Source of the DNA: Parcubacteria group bacterium
GTDB lineage: Bacteria > Patescibacteriota > Patescibacteriia > UBA2169
Direction: 5' to 3'
Assembly (NCBI GenBank): GCA_016181765.1
Contig: JACOYR010000006.1
Coordinates: 31,664-95,663, forward strand
Length of the DNA stretch: 64,000 nucleotides
How positions within the stretch are numbered: the first letter of the stretch is position 1; every line of letters begins with the position of its first letter. Below are positions 58,556-64,000 of the stretch, piece after piece. A program made the translations under genes and the position numbers. Below the pieces are notes generated by a model, which worked only from the letters and a program-made list of their open reading frames with translations, was not told where the DNA came from and did not search any database.

Positions 58556-60550
58556 ATGTCTACGTATCTTCTTTTTTCACTCGCGTCCTCGGTGCTCGCC
58601 ATTTTTGCGGGTACCGTGCTTGCGGCATGGGTGCTCGGGCGCAAAGCAGGGGACCAAAAAATGCAGGAGATTGCCGTTGCGATCCAGAAAGGATCAAAGG
58701 CGTACCTCAACCGGCAGTACCGGACCATTGCGGTTGTGGCGTTTCTGGCATTTTTCGCGATTGGCTTTGGGCTGTCCTGGAACATGGCGTGGGGCTTTTT
58801 GGTCGGCTCGGTGTTCAGCGCGGTTGCGGGGTATGCGGGCATGAACGTGGCCGTGCGCGCGAACGTGCGGGTTGCGCACGCGGCAAGCCGCGGGCTTTCC
58901 AAGGCAATGGCAGTCGCGGTGCGCGGCGGGGCAGTAACCGGATTTTTGGTTGCGGGCTTGGCCTTGCTCGGCGTTGCCGGGTTCTACTCTTTGAATAAGG
59001 ATGTGAACGCGCTCATCGGCCTCGGGTTCGGCGGGAGCCTTATTTCCATTTTCGCGCGCCTCGGAGGGGGCATCTACACCAAGGCGGCTGACGTGGGCGC
59101 GGATCTTGTAGGCAAGGTGGAAAAGAACATTCCCGAAGACGACCCCCGCAACCCGGCCGTGATCGCGGACAATGTCGGCGACAATGTCGGCGACACCGCG
59201 GGCATGGCCGCTGATTTGTTTGAAACCTATGCCGTAACCATGGTTGCGGCCATGCTCCTTGGCACGCTCCTGTTTCCTGATTTTGAGAATGCGGTCCTGT
59301 ACCCGCTCGTTTTGGGCGGCATATCCCTTATCGCGTCAATTATCGGGCTCTTGTTCGTGCGCCTCGGAAGCCGCGAAAACATCATGGCAGCCCTGTACAA
59401 GGGGCTGGTTGCGACCGGCGTGCTTGCCTCGGCCGGATTTTACTATGCAACGCTCCGGCTCATGGAGGGAAACGGGCACTTTGTGCCGCTGAACGTGTTC
59501 TACGCGGCTTTGGTCGGGCTTGGGGTGACTGCCGGCTTGGTTGCCATTACTGACTACTACACCTCGGACAAGTACGGCCCGGTCAAAGGGATCGCGGACG
59601 CTTCAACCAAAGGGCACGGCCCCAACATCATTGCGGGCTTGGCGGTGTCCATGCGCGCAACCGCCCTGCCGGTGATTGTGATTGCCCTCGGCATCTGGGG
59701 CTCGTACGCGTTCGCGGAGCTCTACGGCATTGCGGTTGCGGCGGTTTCCATGCTCTCGCTTGCCGGCATGATTGTTGCGGTTGACGCGTTCGGGCCCATC
59801 ACGGACAATGCGGGTGGCATTGCGGAGATGGCGGGCCTTCCCGCTGATGTCCGTGACGTTACAGACAAACTGGATTCGGTTGGCAACACCACCAAGGCAG
59901 TCACCAAAGGGTATGCCATCGGCTCTGCGGGCTTGGCCGCGCTTGTCCTGTTCGCCTCATACTCCCAGGAATTTGTCCTGCACGGCAGAGAGCTCCTGTT
60001 CAGGCTCTCTGACCCGCTCGTCATCATCGGCTTGTTCATCGGCGGCCTCTTGCCCTACTACTTTGGCGCCCTGGTGATGGAAGCGGTGTCAAAGACCGCG
60101 GGCAAAGTGGTGGAAGAGGTGCGCCGGCAGTTTAAGGAAATCAAAGGCATCATGGAAGGCCGCGCCAAGCCTGACTACGGCACGTGCGTTGACATTGTCA
60201 CCAAGGACGCCTTGCGGCAGATGTTTGTGCCGGCGCTCATTCCCGTGCTTTCTCCTGTTATCGTTGCCTGGCTCTTGGGGCCGGTTGCCCTGGGCGGCAT
60301 GCTTGTCGGCTCCATTGTTACGGGCTTGTTCGTGGCCATTTCCATGACCACGGGCGGCGGCGCGTGGGACAACGCCAAGAAGCTCATTGAGGCGGGCGCG
60401 CACGGCGGCAAAGGCTCGGAAGCGCATGCGGCCGCGGTCACCGGGGACACGGTTGGGGACCCGTACAAGGATACGGCAGGCCCAGCCATCAACCCCATGA
60501 TCAAAGTGATCAATATTGTCGCGCTTTTGATTGTTGGATTTTTGGTATAG
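58556..60550 (+). CDS. hppA: Membrane H+-translocating pyrophosphatase, K+-independent signature
   Basis: [42 protein letters not shown] (Lys at the K+-dependence position), [11 protein letters not shown]. Confidence 0.95.
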   Translation: MSTYLLFSLASSVLAIFAGTVLAAWVLGRKAGDQKMQEIAVAIQKGSKAYLNRQYRTIAVVAFLAFFAIGFGLSWNMAWGFLVGSVFSAVAGYAGMNVAVRANVRVAHAASRGLSKAMAVAVRGGAVTGFLVAGLALLGVAGFYSLNKDVNALIGLGFGGSLISIFARLGGGIYTKAADVGADLVGKVEKNIPEDDPRNPAVIADNVGDNVGDTAGMAADLFETYAVTMVAAMLLGTLLFPDFENAVLYPLVLGGISLIASIIGLLFVRLGSRENIMAALYKGLVATGVLASAGFYYATLRLMEGNGHFVPLNVFYAALVGLGVTAGLVAITDYYTSDKYGPVKGIADASTKGHGPNIIAGLAVSMRATALPVIVIALGIWGSYAFAELYGIAVAAVSMLSLAGMIVAVDAFGPITDNAGGIAEMAGLPADVRDVTDKLDSVGNTTKAVTKGYAIGSAGLAALVLFASYSQEFVLHGRELLFRLSDPLVIIGLFIGGLLPYYFGALVMEAVSKTAGKVVEEVRRQFKEIKGIMEGRAKPDYGTCVDIVTKDALRQMFVPALIPVLSPVIVAWLLGPVALGGMLVGSIVTGLFVAISMTTGGGAWDNAKKLIEAGAHGGKGSEAHAAAVTGDTVGDPYKDTAGPAINPMIKVINIVALLIVGFLV

Positions 60551-60551
60551 T

Positions 60552-61173
60552 ATGGAAAAAACAATCTACCCGTACGTAGCGTGGACATTCCCGGCCACGA
60601 ATGCTTTTTTCCTCAAGTCTGCGCACGGGCTGGATAACATTCCCGCTTGAGTGGGTCTTGGCTGCTCTGGTGTATCGCAAGATCCGCAAGCCCGTGTGGT
60701 ATGTTGCGCGGGATGACTACTGGTGGGGCACATGGTGGACAAAACCTATTAAGAACGCGCTCGCAACGCTCTTGGTTGATTGGCGCAATCCGAGCGCCGT
60801 GCTCAAAGAGGCCGAACGGGTGCTTGAGCAGGGGGGCGTGGTCGGCATGTACCCGGAAGGGACGCGCAACACGGACGCGCGCGCTTTGGCATTGGGCAAG
60901 ACCGGCGTGGCGCGTTTGGCGCTCGCTTCCTCCGCGCCCGTGATACCGGTCGGGTACGCCGGGCCCTCCATTGCAACGGTCTGGGACGTTATCCGGGAGT
61001 TTGCGTTCAAGCGGAATGCCGCCACTCTGTCGTTCGGGCGCGCGGTTGACCTCTCCGCGTGCTACGGCAAGCAGGTCACGCGCGAACTTTTGTACCGCGC
61101 CACGGACGATATCATGGCCGCCATTGGAGCATTGTGCGGAAAGCGGCCCCGCTTGCACGAATACAGCGGGTAG
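60552..61173 (+). CDS. Lysophospholipid acyltransferase (PlsC-like); frame break near 60645 removes the HxxxxD motif
   Basis: MEKTIYP...GLDNIPA* from ATG 60552; the other frame carries MYPEGTR, KTGVARLAL, APVIPVG and FG. Confidence 0.8.
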
Positions 61174-61189
61174 AGTATGCTAGCCATTC

Positions 61190-62473
61190 ATGCAGATTAG
61201 CGAGAACAAACTATCAGCATCGGTTCTTGAATTGGTTTTTGACCTTGAGCGGGGCGACATTGAGCAGGATTTGCAGTGCGCGGCAAAACATATCGCCGAG
61301 CACATTGAGATTCCGGGTTTCCGCAAAGGCACAGCTCCCTATGATGTGCTTGCGCGCCACATCGGCGGGGAAGCAAAGATTTACGAAGAGGCATTGCAGT
61401 CCATTGTAGGCCGCACCCTGGGGGCGGCTGTTCGCGAGCGGAATATGGACGCATCAGGCGAGCCCGACATCAGCATCACCAAGATGGTGCCGCCTTTTGG
61501 TGTTGCCTACAAAGCAGCCATTGTCCTACTGCCGAGCGTTACCTTGGGGGATATTTCAAGCATTACGCTTGAGAAAAAAGAAGTAAAAGCAAGCGATGCC
61601 GAGGTTGAGAAAGTCATCAGTAATTTGCGCGAACTGCACGCCGCAGAAGCCGCAGCGGACCGGCCGGCACAGCACGGCGACCGCGTGGTTTTGGATTTGG
61701 AAGTGAAGCGCGCTAACGCGGCCATTGAGCATGGGGCGTCAAAAGATTTTCCGCTGGTCCTGGGCGAGGGAAGATTCATCCCGGGATTTGAAGAGCAGAT
61801 CATGGGCTTGAAAGCCGGGGACAAGAAAGAATTTGAATTAATGTTTCCGGACGGGTACTACGAGAAGTCTTTGGCAGGCAAGCCTGCGCAGTTTGCGGTT
61901 TCCATCAAACAAGTATTTGAGCGCACTGTACCCGAAATGGATGATGCATTCGCACAAGAGCTTGGCCACAGCCAGACTGCGGATGATTTGCGCACGCAGA
62001 TCCGCGAGAGCCTGCAGTACGAAAAAGAGCGTGAAGAGCGGGAGCGCTTTGAAATGGCGGCCATGGACGAGCTGGTCAGGCGGTCGGAGTTTGGCGAGAT
62101 TCCGGATCAGCTCATTGCACGCGAGGCACGGAAGATGCTCGCCGAGCTTGAGCAGAATGTTGCCCGCCAGGGCATGAAGTTTGAGGATTATCTTGAGAGC
62201 ATCAAAAAGCCAAAAGATGATTTGGCCCGCGAGTTCCGGCCCCAGGCAGAGCATCGGGTCAAAGTCAGCCTGGTGGGCCGCGAGCTCGGCAAGCGGGAAC
62301 AAATCAAGATCAGCGATGATGATGTCGCGCGGGAGCTTGCCATCGCCAAAAAGGCGTATGCATCCCAGCCCGAACTGGCGGCAGAGCTTGAGAGTCCGCG
62401 CTACCGCGACTATGTGCGCAACATGCTGGTGAGCCGGAAAATTTTTAAGGCACTGGCGGAAAAGGTTTCTTAA
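61190..62473 (+). CDS. tig: Trigger factor
   Basis: IPGFRKG.AP, LG.G.FIPGFEEQI.G, FP..Y....LAGK, DD.FA. Confidence 0.95.
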   Translation: MQISENKLSASVLELVFDLERGDIEQDLQCAAKHIAEHIEIPGFRKGTAPYDVLARHIGGEAKIYEEALQSIVGRTLGAAVRERNMDASGEPDISITKMVPPFGVAYKAAIVLLPSVTLGDISSITLEKKEVKASDAEVEKVISNLRELHAAEAAADRPAQHGDRVVLDLEVKRANAAIEHGASKDFPLVLGEGRFIPGFEEQIMGLKAGDKKEFELMFPDGYYEKSLAGKPAQFAVSIKQVFERTVPEMDDAFAQELGHSQTADDLRTQIRESLQYEKEREERERFEMAAMDELVRRSEFGEIPDQLIAREARKMLAELEQNVARQGMKFEDYLESIKKPKDDLAREFRPQAEHRVKVSLVGRELGKREQIKISDDDVARELAIAKKAYASQPELAAELESPRYRDYVRNMLVSRKIFKALAEKVS

Positions 62474-62478
62474 TTATT

Positions 62479-62513
62479 CCCCCTCCTGTATTGAGGAGGG
62501 GGTTAGGGGGTGG
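62479..62513. repeat. CCCCTCC-N-GGAGGGG-TTAGGGG-type palindromic intergenic repeat
   Basis: CCCCCTCCT-GTATTG-AGGAGGGGG-TTAGGGGGTGG between tig and the DUF167 gene. Confidence 0.55.
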
Positions 62514-62515
62514 TT

Positions 62516-62770
62516 ATGCCGCAACGCATCACGGTAAAAGTTACGCCACGCTCAAAAGAGAACAAAATTATCGGGCTTAAAGACGGCATCTTGCGCGTGC
62601 GCATTACCGCGCCCCCGGTTGAGGGCAAGGCCAACAGGGCCCTGGTTGAGTTTTTGGCGGACGCGTGGGGAGTTTCCAGGCAAAGCATCCGCATTGTCCG
62701 GGGCGAAACATCGCGTGAGAAAGTTTTGGAAGTTCCGGACAGCATACCTTTACAAAAAGGCATGATTTGA
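62516..62770 (+). CDS. DUF167/UPF0235 (YggU-like) protein
   Basis: VKVTPRS, APPVEGKANRAL, I..G.TSREK. Confidence 0.92.
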   Translation: MPQRITVKVTPRSKENKIIGLKDGILRVRITAPPVEGKANRALVEFLADAWGVSRQSIRIVRGETSREKVLEVPDSIPLQKGMI

Positions 62771-62794
62771 TATACTTTTTTTGTCTTAAATATA

Positions 62795-62914
62795 CAAAAT
62801 TTCCGTTGGGCTGAGCGAAGCGAAGTTAACGGAAATTTTGAGAGGAAGAGGCGGACGAAAGCCGAAGCAGGCTCGCGCAGTGAGCATGCGGAGGCTGTAG
62901 TCCGACTCTGACGA
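62795..62914 (+). repeat. Structured tRNA 5'-flanking element, copy D
   Basis: CAAAATTTCCGTT-GGGC-TGA-GCGAAGC-GAA-GTT-AACGGAAATTTTG-AGAGGAAGAG...CTCTGACGA joined to tRNA-Gly +1. Confidence 0.85.
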
Positions 62915-62977
62915 GCGGGTATCGTATAATGGCTATTATGCCACCTTGCCAAGGTGGAGATACGGGTTCAATTCCCG
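62915..62977 (+). pseudogene. tRNA-Gly(GCC) lacking the 3' acceptor strand and CCA
   Basis: GCGGGTA..., CCACC-TTGCCAA-GGTGG, ACGGG-TTCAATT-CCCG, then GCTACAG instead of the expected T-TACCCGC-T-CCA. Confidence 0.8.
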
Positions 62978-62995
62978 GCTACAGTGATGGTGCGT

Positions 62996-63080
62996 GCCGG
63001 GATGGTGGAATGGTATACACGCGACACTTAAAATGTCGTGCGCTATGCGCATGTGGGTTCGAGTCCCGCTCCCGGCACCA
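62996..63080 (+). tRNA. tRNA-Leu(TAA)
   Basis: GCCGGGA/TCCCGGC, CGACA-CTTAAAA-TGTCG, long variable arm, GGTTCGAGTCC, ACCA. Confidence 0.94.
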
Positions 63081-63083
63081 CAT

Positions 63084-63123
63084 AAAAAAAGCAGCCTCGC
63101 ACGGAGCATCGTGCGAGGCTGTT
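63084..63123. terminator. Hairpin terminator between the tRNA cluster and a convergent gene
   Basis: AAAAAAAGC-AGCCTCGCACG-GAGCAT-CGTGCGAGGCT-GTT. Confidence 0.7.
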
Positions 63124-63144
63124 CGGCGTACCCGGATACGGGCA

Positions 63145-63738
63145 CTACCATTCGGATGAGCTGAATTCCGTGTGGTGGCCAACACGGAAAAACATGATGA
63201 TGCCGTTGTCGCCCTGTTTCCAGAAGAACCGGTACTCCCTGTTTGAGCGGCTTTCAAAACTTCCTCCCGGAATGCCGGTTATGTCCAGGCCTTGCCGCCG
63301 CTTGGTCTTGAACGAGGAGTATTGCTCCCCATGTGCGGCAAACCGATGTAGCGCTTCAACCACTTCCAGGCGTTCGCGCTCCTGGAGGCCTTGCAGGTCG
63401 CGCAGAAATCGGTCTTCATACTGCATAGCCCTGCCGTCATGTACGGCCTTGGGAAGCCGCGCGCGCAGTTCTTCGCGCTCCTGCGCGCCAGTATCGGTGA
63501 GTTCCAGCTTTTGCGCCAACTCATAGATTCGGCGTCCATCCTCGCCTTGTGTGGCTGTTTGCTCCAGAAGCTCCCAGAGCTTTTTGCCCTCTACCGTGCG
63601 CAGCCTTTCCTTCAGGGTGCGCACTTTTTGTTGGAGGAGCGCTATTTGTTCCTGCGCTTTTTGGAGCGCCCCTGATGCTTGCGCAAGTGTTGCTTCAAGA
63701 GCTCTTTTTTCCCTTTCCACTATCTTTATCCGGCGCAT
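63145..63738 (-). CDS. Coiled-coil protein with C-terminal RelE/ParE-like domain
   Basis: Heptad-rich N-terminus; C-terminal YEDRFLRDLQGL...FESRSNREYRFFW......FFRVGHHTEF. Start codon uncertain. Confidence 0.6.
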   Translation of the reverse strand: MRRIKIVEREKRALEATLAQASGALQKAQEQIALLQQKVRTLKERLRTVEGKKLWELLEQTATQGEDGRRIYELAQKLELTDTGAQEREELRARLPKAVHDGRAMQYEDRFLRDLQGLQERERLEVVEALHRFAAHGEQYSSFKTKRRQGLDITGIPGGSFESRSNREYRFFWKQGDNGIIMFFRVGHHTEFSSSEW

Positions 63739-63945
63739 CTGTGCCTCATGGTCGTTTGTTTGTCGGTTGGTTGTTGGATTCAATGTGCGGTACCCATTGG
63801 TATACCAGAATGAATTGGTTGCGTCAACCAATTTGCGCTTTTTGCGTTTTTTAGGTAGGGTTTGATGAGGATTTGCAAAACAACATTCACGCAGTTCATT
63901 GTTAACCGAGGCCAAGATTTGGCCGGAAAACCGGAGGATTGTGGA

Positions 63946-64000
63946 ATGAACCGAGTAGAGCGGGCGCTCATCAGCGTTTCGGACAAGACCGGCCTCGTGG
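63946..64000 (+). CDS. purH: Bifunctional purine biosynthesis protein PurH, 5' end only
   Basis: GGAGG SD, then MNRVERALISVSDKTGLV, the PurH MGS-domain N-terminus. Confidence 0.85.
   Translation, partial: MNRVERALISVSDKTGLV

Noticed and set aside
5390-60660. Programmed frameshifting at the broken genes
   Set aside because: Conserved residues are physically missing at the junctions and no slippery heptamers are present; deletion fits better.
1-64000. CRISPR array or cas genes
   Set aside because: No regularly spaced repeat-spacer series was seen; the 50559 repeat has only two units and no spacer.
1-64000. Alternative genetic code (UGA=Gly, as in Gracilibacteria/Absconditabacteria)
   Set aside because: Conserved genes are full-length under code 11 and several end properly at TGA (e.g. 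yebC, rnpA, vapC).

Overview
Core-chromosome segment of a Patescibacteria (CPR) bacterium, most likely Parcubacteria/ABY1-like. This is inferred from the array of VirB2/TrbC-like 'CPR pilins' next to a solute-binding lipoprotein, the CPR-type conserved hypotheticals, and the near absence of Shine-Dalgarno sites; standard code 11 is used. Housekeeping genes include argS (partial), pilT, HU, murB, galU, yebC, ruvC, tyrS, PBP1A, dnaN, ftsH, rpsA, gyrA, rpmH-rnpA-yidD-yidC, trxA/trxB, gdh, nusA, hppA and tig. The window also holds 9 tRNA genes (one 3'-truncated), three toxin-antitoxin pairs, purN/purD/purH, a 9-gene pilin array and a candidate oriC at ~50.9-51.3 kb with no dnaA nearby. The most striking unexplained signal is a ~120-bp structured element with extensive compensatory base changes, found in four copies. 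Each copy ends at base -1 of a different tRNA gene (Gly-TCC, Ser-CGA, Ala-CGC, Gly-GCC). Other candidates are a low-GC two-gene island (degenerate GIY-YIG + proteasome-beta-like Ntn protease), a 63-bp palindromic element inserted in frame in a glycosyltransferase, a pilin fused to an M15-like Zn-peptidase, and an Arr-like ADP-ribosyltransferase. At least six small deletions break conserved genes and are probably assembly errors. All calls are from reading the sequence by eye; no searches were run.
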